Source: Haliotis rufescens
Lineage: Eukaryota
Assembly: GCF_023055435.1 (NCBI RefSeq)
Contig: NW_025964001.1
Span: forward strand, 10,788,001 to 10,852,000
Direction of reading: 5' to 3'
DNA length: 64,000 nucleotides
Position numbers and translations under genes: made by a program. Within the stretch, counting starts at the first letter, position 1, and each line of letters starts with the position of its first letter. This document shows, in pieces, positions 24,219-36,984 of the stretch. The notes under the pieces are model-generated. The model was not told where the DNA came from and ran no database searches. It worked only from the letters and a program-made list of their open reading frames with translations.

Positions 24219-25733
24219 TACTGAACCGCAAAAGAAACGTCACCCCATGTAACATTGCATGAAAAGTTGTCATTTAAATATCTGGGTAAATTTGTCAAAG
24301 TTTCTAAAATTTGATATTACCTTGTCCGGAAAAAGGAAATTTGATGATAAAAAAACCAAAGCAGATGACAATAAAACCGATCGCCTAAGCGCATCACGGC
24401 AACGGCCATGGTAACCCGATGCATGTTAGTTCCGTGCAAATTGAAATGCAAATGCGTTCCCCCATTTCTTGCCCTATAAAACTCCACCCAGATCGGATAA
24501 CATTCATTCGTTATTGAATTGCTACCACATGCCGAGATTGACAAGAAATCAGCGGCATCAAGCCCTTGGGCGATTGCAAGCTGGACAAACCGCCAGGCAA
24601 GAAGCCAATGCATTTCAAGTCCACGTAAGGACCATATACAGGCTCCAGCAACAAACGCTACAGATGACCGACCACGTAGTGGAAGACCGAGGGTCACCAC
24701 CCGACGTCAGAATCGTCAGATTGTGCGACAACATCTTCAAGATCGCTTTGTTACTGCCGCGGAAACTGCTCGACAGACCATGGGGCCACACCAGCGACAC
24801 ATTAGTGCGGAGACCGTGTGTCGACGATTGACGAGAAGACACCTCCACTGTCACAGGCCACACCGAGGACCCATTCTGACACCACGTCATCGCCGGGACC
24901 GTCTTCAGTGGGCAACACAGCACCAGCATTGGCGCCACCAGCAGTGGAGAAGAGTCCTCTTCTCAGACGAGAGCCGTAACAGTATCTCAACAGCAGATGG
25001 CAAAGAGTCTGGCGACGCCGTGGGGAACGTTATTCGGATGCTTGTGTTGTTGAGAGAGACTCGTGGGGTAGTCCGAGCATCATGGTGTGGTGTGGAATTG
25101 GTCGTGCACAGAGGGTCGGCCCTGTGGTCTTCCAGAACATCGGTCCAGGGAGAGGCAATGGTGTCACAGCAGCTCGGTACTTTGATCAAGTCTTGAGACC
25201 ACACGCCATACCTCATTTGGAACGTCGCCGCAACCACGAGTTTCAGCATGATAACGCCCGTGCCTACACTGCGAGAGCAACAAGAGACTTCCTGCAGCAG
25301 AATGGCATCATAACTATGCAGTGGCCTGCCCTTAATCCCGATTTAAATCCCATTGAGCACCTTTGGGGCGAGATTCAAAGACGGCTGAATGAAGTCCGAA
25401 CAAGGTCGACAACTGCAGTTGAACTGCGTTAGGTGTTCCCCAGAGTGTGGGCTCAAGTGCCTATGGCCTTCATCAACCGCCTCATCCATTCCATGTTTCG
25501 ACGTTGCAGGGCAGTCATCAATGCACATGGCGGACACACGAGATGCTGACTTGTGATGCCATTTTCTCAGAGACTAATGTTGTGTTTCACTTTAAGAATA
25601 TTTAATTTCAACCTTGATGATCAGTTTGACCAAGTTTCATCTTTTTAATATATCTTAAAGTATGCTTACAGTGTTTGGACAAATAAGGTTCTCATATATC
25701 TATCCATGGTGACGTTTCTTTTATGGTTCAGTA
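24219..25733 (+). mobile_element. Full-length, inactivated Tc1 (DD34E) transposon
   Basis: TIR TACTGAACCGCAAAAGAAACGTCACC and its inverse, TA TSD. Transposase 24529-25549 (MPRLTRNQR, FSDES, QHDNA, PDLNPIEHLW) has frameshifts and a stop. Confidence 0.93.
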
Positions 25734-25874
25734 TATAATACTACTTCAGCTTCTGCTATATTACTATGACACCATTAGCGTGTCACGAATACATGGAAAA
25801 TTGGTTACAACATTCGCAAATATATATACACTGACTTCAGTTTTCTTTTAATCCTATCATTTTCAATCACTGGG

Positions 25875-26124
25875 CACCCGTGAAGATCCGGGGTAGAATA
25901 GGTCTTCGGCAACCCATGTTTGTCATAAGAGGCGACTATGCTTGTCGTAAGAGGCGACTAACGAGATCGGGTGGTCAGGCTCGCTGACTTGGTTGGTGCA
26001 TGTGATCGTATCCCAATTGCGTGGATCGATGCTCATTATTATTGAATATTGAATGATGTCAATCACTGGATTGTCTGGTGCCTACTCGAATATTGCTGAG
26101 TGCGGCGTTAAACAACAAACAAAC
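25875..26124 (+). mobile_element. SINE family A
   Basis: Match with an internal deletion; TSD TCACTGGG. Confidence 0.85.
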
Positions 26125-27026
26125 AGTCACTGGGTGATGAAAATCAACATCAAAATGTTTGGAACTCGCTATCATAATAAAATAAATGGACCGAAATTAA
26201 GGTCAATGATTGAAATATATAGGCGTTTTGTATATTGCCTAATTGAACATTTCAGTCATTTTAAACTTTGATCGTAACATACATCACCAAGAGGTGGCCA
26301 TAATTCGTTTGATCAAAGACTGAAATGGCTTGGATAGAATCCTTGAAAGAATTAACAACAGCTATGACCCCGAACGCTCACCTGGATGTAGGACAATGTC
26401 AAGACAAAACTGATAAACTTGGCACATGGAAAGTACGCAACGATATATGTGCGTGTCAAGGCTTTGGAAACCACGTGTAAGAGATCACATATGCATCGTA
26501 CACATAATGTAACACACCTGGGTTCAATGGCGAAACCTATAATGAGCGCATGATAATGTATTCAATGCATGTCTGTGGTAATTGGAAACCAAATGCATAA
26601 CTAAATAGAGAAAACGTAAGTTAAACTAAGATAATTGAACGAAACACATGCATTTCTCATGAGTGCTGTGGGTTAAACGCCGCTTTCAGTATTGCAGTAA
26701 AATCCAGATCGACATGTTTTACCTCCGTGAAACCAAGGGGCGAGAAAGAGTAAGGTGCGGACATGTTACTGGTCATAATCAATCAGTGCTCACTCGGCTC
26801 GACTGATGGAATAATCTTTGTAACATGTCTTAGGAGCAGTTAACCAGACTAAATCGTATTCAAAACACGGCATCAAGGGTTGTGTCATGAACCGAAAGGT
26901 CAAAAACTAATAAGCGCATATAACATGTGCTTATTGATCTGCACTGGCTTCCGGTGGAAGCTCGAGTTGAGAACAAGATCTTGACTTGAACATACCACCG
27001 CTACAACCAGTCAGCACTTTCTTACT

Positions 27027-27280
27027 GACCCGTGAAGATCCGGGGTAGAGTAGGTCTTCAGCAACCCATGCTTGCTGAAAAAGGCGACTATGCTTGTCGT
27101 AAGAGGCGACTAACGGGATCGGATGGTCAGGCTCGCTGACTTGGTTGATGCATTGCGTGGATCGATCCTCATGATGTCAATCACTGGATTGTCTGTTCCA
27201 GACTCGATTTATTTACAGACCGCCGTCACATAGCTGGAATATTGCTGAGTGCGGCGTTAAACAACAATCAAACAAACAAA
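27027..27280 (+). mobile_element. SINE family A
   Basis: Match; TSD CACTTTCTTA. Confidence 0.85.
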
Positions 27281-27299
27281 CACTTTCTTATTTATCTGA

Positions 27300-27480
27300 C
27301 ATTATCCAGGTACTTCAACTGCCTAGATCCCTCCGTTCTGCTGAGAGCCATCTCCTTTGTATACCAAAGGTTTGGGCAGAGGTCATTTGCCTGGAATGCT
27401 GCAGTTCTGTGGAATCTTCCAGTCCCGCCTCAACCAACTGACAGACTGGTAAAACCAACTGAAAGACTTTTCATATTTTA
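27300..27480 (+). mobile_element. L2/CR1-type LINE 3' remnant
   Basis: RSLRSAE..LCIPK / FGQRSFAWNAAVLWNL, typical of the LINE ORF2 C-terminus. Confidence 0.5.
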
Positions 27481-27710
27481 TATTGAACTATATTTACCTA
27501 CAGTGAGAAACGAGCAAATGTTGGTTTAATGTAAATACCTTTGTAAACATGATATTACCTTTTAAATATAATTGTGTTGTGGGCGATTGGCCTTTATTAC
27601 TGAATACATCTGTCTGTCTGTTTGCGCGGTTTCTCTTACGCATGTAAATTTCATACTATGGTAGTGGTCTCCCTGCATCGCTCATTTAAAGAGGTATGCT
27701 TTATTTAAAA

Positions 27711-27990
27711 TGAGTGAGTGAGTTGGGTTTAACGCCGCTTTTAACAGTATTCCAGTTATATCACGGCGTGTCAGCTTAATGTGGGAGGAAAGCCCGAAGT
27801 AATGCAGGTCTCAGACGTTTACCACTTCGGTGAAACCCACGAGCACGGGTATGGTGCTGACAAACCTAGAAACATAATCGGGGCGAACCGGGATTCGAAC
27901 CCACAATCATAGGTTTCTAGCGTGCCCATAGGGACGCAACTCTGCACAGCGAATCGCGGCGCCTTAGACGACTGGGCCACCCGTGCCCCC
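27711..27990 (-). mobile_element. SINE family C
   Basis: Full-length match. Confidence 0.87.
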
Positions 27991-28197
27991 GCTTGATTTA
28001 AAAAGTGACAATTGCATGGCATCTTTTTCTTTTACAACACATATTTTTTTCAGGAGATCCAGCATGCTCAACGAACATTATATTTTATTTGATATAACCT
28101 GCAAACAAAAAGGGAAAATTGCCAGTTTCTTTCGTTCTTCTTTGAGCCGAATGATTCGTTCTTCTTTGAGCGGAATGAATAGACGGTTGTCCATTTG

Positions 28198-28468
28198 TTG
28201 TGTTTGTTTGTTTGTTTGTTGGTTGGTTGGTTTGTTGTTTAACGCCGCACTCAGCAATATTCCAGCTATATGACGGCGGTCCGTAAATGATTGTCCAGTG
28301 ATAGACATCATGAGCATCGATCCACACAGCTGGGATCAATGACATGCATCAACCAAGTCAGCAAGCCTGACCACCTGATCCCGTTAGTCGCCTCTTACGA
28401 CAGGCAGAGTCGCCTTTTACAGCAAGCGTGGGTTGCTGAAGACCTCTTCTATCCCGGATCTTCACGGA
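28198..28468 (-). mobile_element. SINE family A
   Basis: Match to consensus. Confidence 0.85.
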
Positions 28469-29215
28469 ACCCATTTGTTGTGGGAATGTTCCCTAACAAA
28501 CAATCATGGAAACAAATCCAAATATGGATTGAAGACATTCTGTTCCAAGACTAGGCACTGCTAAACTGTACACTGAGGACTTAAAGAAACTCTACCTCTC
28601 AGTTGATTTTTTCATGTGTTTGATTTTCAATTGAAAATATCTTAAGCTTAGACAACATTTACAGACCACGTCTATATTTTTTCAAAAGATACTTTGTTTT
28701 AAAACTTTTTAAAATTAAAAATCATATTCGCGTAATGCGCAACCGCTGATTGGTATCTAAGACATCTTATCTTTGAAAATCAATATTTTTCTTTTGTCTG
28801 CAAAAATTTATGACATACCAACATGATAGGTTCATGCGAGTTCACAGTTGGAAGAATGATGTTGGACGATAAATAAAATCTCACCCTTGTGTCTTTTGAT
28901 ATCAGCAAACCTCGGAGGTTTTTCCACATTTATCAACTCGTGTTGATATATTTGATATCAAAAGACACTCTGAGATTCTGTATATAATTACCAAGCTGAC
29001 TTACTTCCCTTTAACCACACACTTTACCCGTTGGAACAAACGCGGTTGAATTGTCTCCCTTTGACCATGACAATAACTTTGTGATGTCGCAGAACATAGA
29101 CCCAGAACAGATCCATATGACATTCTAATTTAATACATAAAAAACACATTTAAGAAACTATCTAGATTTAAACGTGTAGATTCTATAAAGTTTGAAAGTT
29201 CGTAAATTTACAATA

Positions 29216-29485
29216 TACGAGGGGCGTTCAATAAGTTTTGCACTTCAATATAAGACCAAGTCGCAGAATATCTTTTGCACTTTTATTTTTCAATATAATC
29301 TCCATTCACCTCAATACACTTATTCCATTTGTCCTTCAAGCTTTTAATACCACTTTCATAGACATCCGAAGATTGGCCAACTAACCACGCCTCTGTGGCA
29401 GCCTTTATGTCCTCGTCGTCCTGGAAGCGTCTTCCATGTAGGGCAGATTTCATTTGCCGGAACAGGAAATAGTCACTGGGGGTGG
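29216..29485 (-). mobile_element. Mariner 3' fragment
   Basis: TIR TACGAGGGGCGTTCAATAAGTTTTGCA; the - strand encodes PSDYFLFRQMKSALHGRRF...KWNKCIEVNGDYIEK* (mariner C-terminus). Confidence 0.85.
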
Positions 29486-30514
29486 GGGTAGGGTGGGTGA
29501 TTTAACTGTACTGCCCAGACTTAGCTGTGAGTTCGCTTTTGAATCAGTACTGAAAAAATGTAGCCGGTGAAAGTGGCTTGTGTGAATTTTCCAGGACAGT
29601 TTCCAGTAGCCAAAGTATTCGACACAAAACCATTTCATCCTTTTTACTCGACGTTTTTTGTGGGAAGAATATTAGGAGCCGCTATAGAATAAATAATAGG
29701 CACTAACGGGTAGATCTACCTAACCCTAATGATCGCAAAGGGATGATTGATCGCAAAGGGATGATTGATCGTAAAGGGGATCCAAGGGCTAAGGCCTTCG
29801 GGGTAACCTACCCAAACACTGGCGACATTTGAATGTGTTCAGTGCCAATATAATATCCTAAATAAATAAGATTCTTGTGCATAAATATGAAAATTAATTA
29901 ACTAAAAAAATAATATATGTATATTAGTTCTCATTTATAACCATTTTAGCCACTTGAATTACGAGAAAAAGGAAATAAAAAAATATAAACAATAAAAGTG
30001 CTTTCGTAAACTAGCGCTTACTATAAAATGCGCCGCCGTAGGCTATATTTGTAAATAAATATTCAAAACTCTCATCACCGCTTGGCGTATTCAATGACAT
30101 TGCGTGTAGAGATCACTGGGAGGAGCTTATGGACACACGATGACCCCTGACGTCACAGGGCATTGTTTCGCCGATGTTAAGCTGGGGCCCGTCTCTAATA
30201 TCACACAACTTGACGACGCGCACAGTGAGCCGGGAACCAGCTTACGCCGGTGTGGCTTGCAACAAAATACTACAAATTACGTCATAGGGTATTGTCACGT
30301 GTTTGAAAAGTTTGTGGTACTGTATTCTAAAGTTAGGCCGATTTGATGGACCATTTGCATCAGGAGCTATTGGGAATCGGAGTTGTTTATTTCTTATATG
30401 AGATATCAACATTATGTACAGCTTCTTTAAGGATGATGATGAAATGTACAAGTTTGAAAATATTTACCCTTATTTTAGCAATGATGACTCCCGTCAATAG
30501 AATCCGACCTCGGC

Positions 30515-30830
30515 AATGTCGGACAAGTCCATATTATGCTCAGGTAGGTATTTCCCGCATATTCTCACAATCCTTACCTCGATTAACTGTACCTTTTCTC
30601 CCAATGACACTCGTCATATCTCTCCCGCTTTTGGATGCGATCGTTCGGTCATCGCGTTTATCTGCATTGCCCAGCTACAACTATGGGGAACAACTCACCA
30701 GACACGCCCCTGTCAAACAACGTCGTTCAATATACGACGTCATCAAGTTGCGAGCGCATGTTCGAATCTAATGACGTCAGGATAGAACAATATTGTATCG
30801 TGAAATAAACCCCACTTCGTTCTTCATTGT
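30515..30830. repeat. Unclassified dispersed repeat
   Basis: Inverted diverged homolog at ~18460-18626 plus 19709-19860 (that copy is split by the hAT insertion). Confidence 0.65.
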
Positions 30831-30926
30831 TCTTTGTGATTTTACCGAGTAGCTCCTATTTACGTGTATCAGCATTAGCATACATTGGATACATGACATG
30901 CTGTAAACACGTGTTATTACCTATAG

Positions 30927-31133
30927 GACCGCCTCCGTGGTCTAGTGGTAGAGCGTTCGATCCCCGGCCGCGTCATACCAAAGACGTTAAAATATGGTAC
31001 TTGTTGTAACCCTGTCTGGCGCTCGGCATAAGGGGCAAAAACAAGGACTGGTCGGCCCGTAAACAGTATACTGTGTCTGAGTGGGGTATTCATGTTAAAA
31101 TGCGGCATGGTATCAGCCTTGACTAGTGACAAG

Positions 31134-31174
<41 letters not shown>

Positions 31175-31224
31175 CACGTCGCTATATAAGTGCAATAATC
31201 TTGGACGCGACGTTTCACCTCACC
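30927..31224 (+). mobile_element. SINE family D
   Basis: Match; TSD TATTACCTATAG. Confidence 0.85.
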
Positions 31225-31900
31225 TATTACCTATAGGGTTAGAAATAACCGAGTTCATAACAAAAACTGGTGCAAATATCACATCAGGTGCACCAGTGTA
31301 CTGTTTACGTCACCCGGAAGGCATTGTTGGCGTCATTCGATTCTTACTGTGACGTAAAGTCGGAATGACGTCATACTAGAAACGACGTCCTCGATGATGG
31401 CTGTTGACATCATTCGACAATTGTGGTTTTCCAAAACAGCTGTCGTGATTAGTGCTTTTTTCTTAAAGGGGAGCTCAAGGGATTAATAAATAATGGGCAA
31501 TAAAAGAAATAATTACACTGGCATGTGTGCCATACTGATTTCACTAAACTCGAGTTAGAACTCGGGAAGTACAATAATTCTGACACTCGTTTACTAAAAG
31601 CAGTATGACACACATGCTCGTAAAATAATCTCTATTCATTACACTCGCATGCTGCTTTTACGAAACTCGTGTAAGAATTCGTGTATTAACCTCGCTCTCG
31701 CTAGGGAAATTCTGACAATCGTTTCGTATAATCAGTATGACACACATGCTCGTATAATAATCACTATGTAGGTAATCCCATTGAGGGCACCGTTGGACGA
31801 TAAATTCTGTCTAATGTTAACCTCATATAATTATAACAGCAGACCCATATTGGATATCAATATTTTAATTCAGTAAGGGTCATTTTGTCTTTGACTTCTG

Positions 31901-34900
31901 TCACTGCATCGGAAGACAGGTTTTCTTGCAGTCTTCGATGTCGACGAAGTTGTTGTCGTTGCCGCCACACCCGCCGTAGATAAACGTCTCACACTCTTGT
32001 GAGGTAGGGTTGAAGTAGAACCGGCGAAACGCGGCCTTGCAAACCCCGGCATCAGGGCTCAGGTTACACACTGAGGGAAATATATGACAAAGTTAATGGT
32101 AACTCATTTCAGTGAGTGAGTGAGTTGGGTTTAACGCCGCTTTTAACAGTATTCCAGTTATATCACGGCGTGTCAGCTTAATGAGGGAGGAAAGCCCGAA
32201 GTGATGCAGGTCTCAGACGTTTACCACTTCGGTGAAACCCACGAGCACCATTAGACCACAGGACTGGTCAGAAGGTACCATGTTGAGCGAATATGTCCTA
32301 GCCAGATATATTTAACGGCCGTTTCTTTAGACTGTCGTAACGCACATTTATAAATCACATTAAACACATGTTAAAACATGTTCATACATAAGTCGGATAA
32401 AACGCTTCTCCTCGGTCTTTGGTTGACATAGTAAATCTTTCGGGCAGCAGTGGCTGAGTTGTAATAGACCGGTCTCAACCTCCCTCTGGTTTTACGATGT
32501 CAACCAAAGTTTACGTATAAACCTACCCTTACTAAAGTCGGTAGTATGAACTTACCTTCATCAGGAAGCTTGGTACCTAGCAAAACAAGAAAGGAAATAT
32601 AAGGAAATGTAGCCATGTGAAATAGTATGCAACCAAGCAAAATATGGAAGGAAACATACAAAAACCATTAAAGCAACCTCATTTAGATGAGATCTAAGTT
32701 ATCGCTAAACAAAGAACATTTCACATCAATGCAACAAAGGTATGTTTGTTTGTCACACATCAATATTCCAGCTCTAAGACGGCGCTTGTAAACTGAAAAC
32801 GCCAAGGCCATAGAATAATCAGTTTGGATCCCATTGGACATTATATGAATGGATCACTGAAAATCAGTGATGACACCAGGTGTTCTTGAGTGAGTGAGTG
32901 AGTGAGTTGGGTTTAACGCCGCTTTTAACATTATTCCAGTTATATCAAGGCGTGTCAGCCTTATGTGGGAGGAAAGCCTGAAGTGATGCAGATCTCAGAC
33001 GTTTACCACTTCGGTGAAACCCAAGAGCACGGGTATGGTGCTGACAAACCTAGAAACATAATCGGGGCGAACTCGGTTTTGAACCCACAATCATAGGTTT
33101 CTGGCGTGCCCAAGGGACGCAACTCTGCACAGCGAATCGCGGCGCCTTAGACGACTGGGCCACCCATGCCCCCCAAAAAGATCTGGGGACATTACGGGTC
33201 ACGTCAGAAAGACCTTTCATCCGACCAATCAGAGCGTCGCGGGGTATTCCGAACAACTGTTACAGGCTGTATGACTGATTCTGTCAAAATCATTGCCTGT
33301 CTCCCGCTTCAATGGGATAAACATTTGAAACGGAAGAAACTTTCCGTTACCCGTGGGAAATAAAATCTCGGCCATCTATCAAACATTCCAGAATTTTCTT
33401 TTGTTCAGTTTGCAGATTTTGCATCGAAAACTTTGTGAAAATGGAAGTCGCAATTCCGGTAAACAGGTCAAAGAATAGACTTATGTCGGTGGTATGAACT
33501 TACCTTCATCGGGAAGCTTGGTACCTAGCAAAACAAGGAACAAAACATAAGGTAATGCAGCCATCTGCAGTAGGACACAACCTAGCAAACTAGAAGAAAC
33601 GTACAACCTACCACTACGGGAGGGAAAAATAATGTAATTCAGCCATCTGAAACAGTACACATTCTAACAATACTTGGGAGACTTAATGTAATTCAGCCAT
33701 CTGAAACAGTACACATTCTAACAATACTTGGGAGACTAAATGTAATTCATCCATCTGAAACAGTACACATTCTAACAATACTTGGGAGACTTAATGTAAT
33801 TCATCCATCTGAAACAGTACACAATCTAACAATACTTGGGAGACTTAATGTAATTCAGCCATCTGAAACATTACACATTCTAACAATACTTGGGAGACTT
33901 AATGTAATTCATCCATCTGAAACAGTACACAATCTAACAATACTTTGGAGACTTAATGTAACTCAGCCATCTGAAACAGTACACATTCTAACAATACTTG
34001 GGAGACTTAATGTAATTCATCCATCTGAAACAGTACACAATCTAACAATACTTGGGAGACTTAATGTAATTCAGCCATCTGAAACAGTACACATTCTAAC
34101 AATACTTGGGAGACTTAATGTAATTCAGCAATCTGAAACAGTACACAATCTAACAATACTTGGGAGACTTAATGTAATTCATCCATCTGAAACAGTACAC
34201 AATCTAACAATACTTGGGAGACTTAATGTAATTCATCCATCTGAAACAGCACACAATCTAACAATACTTGGGAGACTTAATGTAATTCAGCCATCTGAAA
34301 CAGTACACATTCTAACAATACTTGGGAGGCTTAATGTAATGCAGCCATCTGAAATAGTACACAATCTAACAATACTTGGGAGACTTAATGTAATGCAGCC
34401 ATCTGAAACAGTACACAATCTAACAATACTTGGGAGACTTAATGTAACTCAGCCATCTGAAACAGTACACATTCTAACAATACTTGGGAGACTTAATGTA
34501 ATTCATCCATCTGAAACAGCACACAATCTAGCAATACTTGGGAGACTTAATGTAATTCATCCATCTGAAACAGCACACAATCTGACAATACTTGGGAGAC
34601 TGAATGTCATTCATCCATCTGAAATAGTACACAATCTAACAATACTTGGGAGACTTAATGTTATGCATCCATCTGAAATAGTACACAATCTAACAATACT
34701 TGGGAGACTTAATGTAATTCAGCCATCTGAATTAGTACACAATGTAACGATACCAGGGAGGCTTAATGTAATGCAGCAATCTGAAATAGAGCACAATCTA
34801 ACAATACCAAGGAAAATGTAATGACTCAGAAATGAGTGAGAGTGACTGTATAAATCATAAACAACCTCAGAAATCCGCACCAACAGGCAAGAAGACACCG

Positions 34901-34993
34901 TACGCTGTATAACTTACCATTGTCTGGAGACTGCTGACAGCTTAGCTCAGCAAGGAAGATGACAAAAGCTAAACAGACGACAACCTTCAACAT
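31901..34993 (-). CDS. Secreted single-domain BPTI/Kunitz protease inhibitor, P1 Lys (95 aa)
   Basis: Exons 34993-34918, 33524-33504, 32576-32556, 32070-31901, all phase-1 GT-AG: MLKVVVCLAFVIFLAELSCQQSPDN-GTKLPDE-GTKLPDE-VCNLSPDAGVCKAAFRRFYFNPTSQECETFIYGGCGGNDNNFVDIEDCKKTCLPMQ*. Six Cys and the FxYGGC motif; ATTAAA downstream at 31869-31864. Confidence 0.9.
32111..32248 (-). mobile_element. SINE family C, 3' half
   Basis: Partial match. Confidence 0.82.
32888..33175 (-). mobile_element. SINE family C
   Basis: Full-length match. Confidence 0.87.
33631..34820. repeat. 54-bp minisatellite, ~22 copies, in intron 1 of the P1-Lys Kunitz gene
   Basis: Unit AATGTAATTCAGCCATCTGAAACAGTACACATTCTAACAATACTTGGGAGACTT. 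Confidence 0.95.
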
Positions 34994-35054
34994 GGCAGAT
35001 GCGGACGCTTCAAGAACCTAGAGCAAATGACTTCGTGTATGATCGAAACACGAA

Positions 35055-35062
35055 CTATATAT
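35055..35062 (-). promoter_or_regulatory. TATA-like box of the P1-Lys Kunitz gene
   Basis: TATATAG on the - strand about 60 nt upstream of GCCATG. Confidence 0.4.
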
Positions 35063-35809
35063 CTTCTTAATCAAACAAGTCATTACACATCTGGCCTTTG
35101 TATCTTTTTTCCCATGGCAATTACTCTATTGAGGTGCAAGACGAAGTTTCGCTATCGCAGTACCAAGTCACGTCTCTGGTGCCAATTGATGCCAATTTGC
35201 CACACTGCTCAATAAACATCTATGTGCATGTGTGTTGAATGTGCACGGCTCTGCACTATGATGAGAACTATAGGCGTATCGGCACCTTCATACCGACCCC
35301 CGCCCACCTGTAGTGTCCCCTGTTCATGGGTACAGCTGGCCCCGTGGCTCCGGTACGTGCGTCTCCCACCATATGCTGCTAAACGTGAACAACACAGATA
35401 TTGTATTCTGTCAACTGCAACTTTCGTCATGTCGACATGGCTATTGCGTTCTTGTTTTGAGACCACACATTTGTCAAACTTATTTGTTATATATTCTAAA
35501 CTCTCACCACACGAATACTGTTTGACGATGTGCGTCACATAACAACTTGACTTGTTAATGATGACATCCACGACGGCGTAACGTCGCTGCCAGGAAAAGA
35601 AACGCTACATAAACCGAGACTACGATGACAGGGTAAGATGAACCGAGCTCGTTATTCTGCATTTCTCCATAAATCACGTATCGTATATTTACATTCATAT
35701 TTGTCAGTCTAACAGACGCCACATTCTGATTACACAAATTTCAGCCGTTGGATGACTATGAGTATCACGTCAGGCAGAGTATACCTCGCCCATCTGTAGG
35801 GTATCATTG

Positions 35810-36058
35810 TGTTTGCTGTTTAACGCTGCACTCAGCAATATTCCAGCTGTATGACGGCTGTCTGTAATATTCGAGTCTGGAACAGACAATCCAGTGATTG
35901 ATATCATGAGCATCGACCTACGCAATTGGAATACGATGACATGAATCAACCAAGTCAGCGAACCTGACCACCCCATCCCGTTAGTCACCTCTGACAAGCA
36001 TTATCGCCTGTAATGACAAACGCGGGTTACTGAAGACCTAGTCAACCCCGGATCTTCG
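35810..36058 (-). mobile_element. SINE family A
   Basis: Match to consensus. Confidence 0.82.
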
Positions 36059-36161
36059 GTATCATTGGAGTGCATGTGGGGTTTGAAAAGTTTATGTTCA
36101 TATTTTTGCTGCATGAGATGTTTGCAGCACATAAAGGTATACATGCTGCGTGTCATCTTGG

Positions 36162-36358
36162 TCACTTGTTTATTGTTGTTTCACACAGTATATAGCCACT
36201 GGTTTATTGATCACACAGTATATAGCCACTTGTTTATAGTTGTTACACACAATATATATAGCCACTAGTTTATTGTTGTTTCACTCAGTATATAGCCACT
36301 AGTTTATTGTTGTTTCACACAGTATATAGCCACTTGTTTATTGTTGTTTCACACAGTA
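36162..36358. repeat. ~34-bp tandem repeat, ~6 copies
   Basis: GTTTATTGTTGTTTCACACAGTATATAGCCACT. Confidence 0.85.
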
Positions 36359-36362
36359 TCTT

Positions 36363-36572
36363 GCGCTCGGGATAAAAGGGGCTAAAAACAAGGACTGGTC
36401 GGCTCGAAGTCAGTATACTGTGTCTGAGTGGTGTATTCATGTTAATCAGCGGCATGGTATCTCAGTGGGTGAGAACTACAAATCGGCATCAGTCCGGACT
36501 AGTACAAGCATCCACACACACATGTTTGCACCTCGCTATATACGTGCAATAATATTGGACGCGACGTTAAAC
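36363..36572 (+). mobile_element. SINE family D, 5'-truncated
   Basis: Partial match. Confidence 0.82.
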
Positions 36573-36984
36573 CATAGAAGTTTCTTTCTCAAAACAAAAG
36601 CTTACAGAAGCAAGTCCTGGGTAAGTTAATTCCCTGCTTCATTTTGCTTCACATTTCACCATACACCCTGTCACTGTATATCTTGGTCAGTGATATTCCG
36701 AAACACGAGTAGACTTAAAGAATACGCTCAGTAAATACGTATTTTTAATTATATTTTTAATCACCGGGAAAATTACACGTGCTTATATAAAAGTATTTAA
36801 AAATGTATGTTTTGATATAAGTTGCCATTATAAACATTCAACATCAGCGTCTACTGAATAATCAGAAATGTAAATCATGTGTCTATATTCAGTCGTGTGC
36901 CTGTTGATATATATCGGTCAAGTCAGATGCATGCAGGCATATGGGTCAACATGTCTCACACTCACGATAATTTACACAGTAATT

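Noticed and set aside
34339-34821. 160-aa ORF of 18-aa repeats
   Set aside because: A 54-bp unit stays in frame by arithmetic; it lies antisense in a Kunitz intron.
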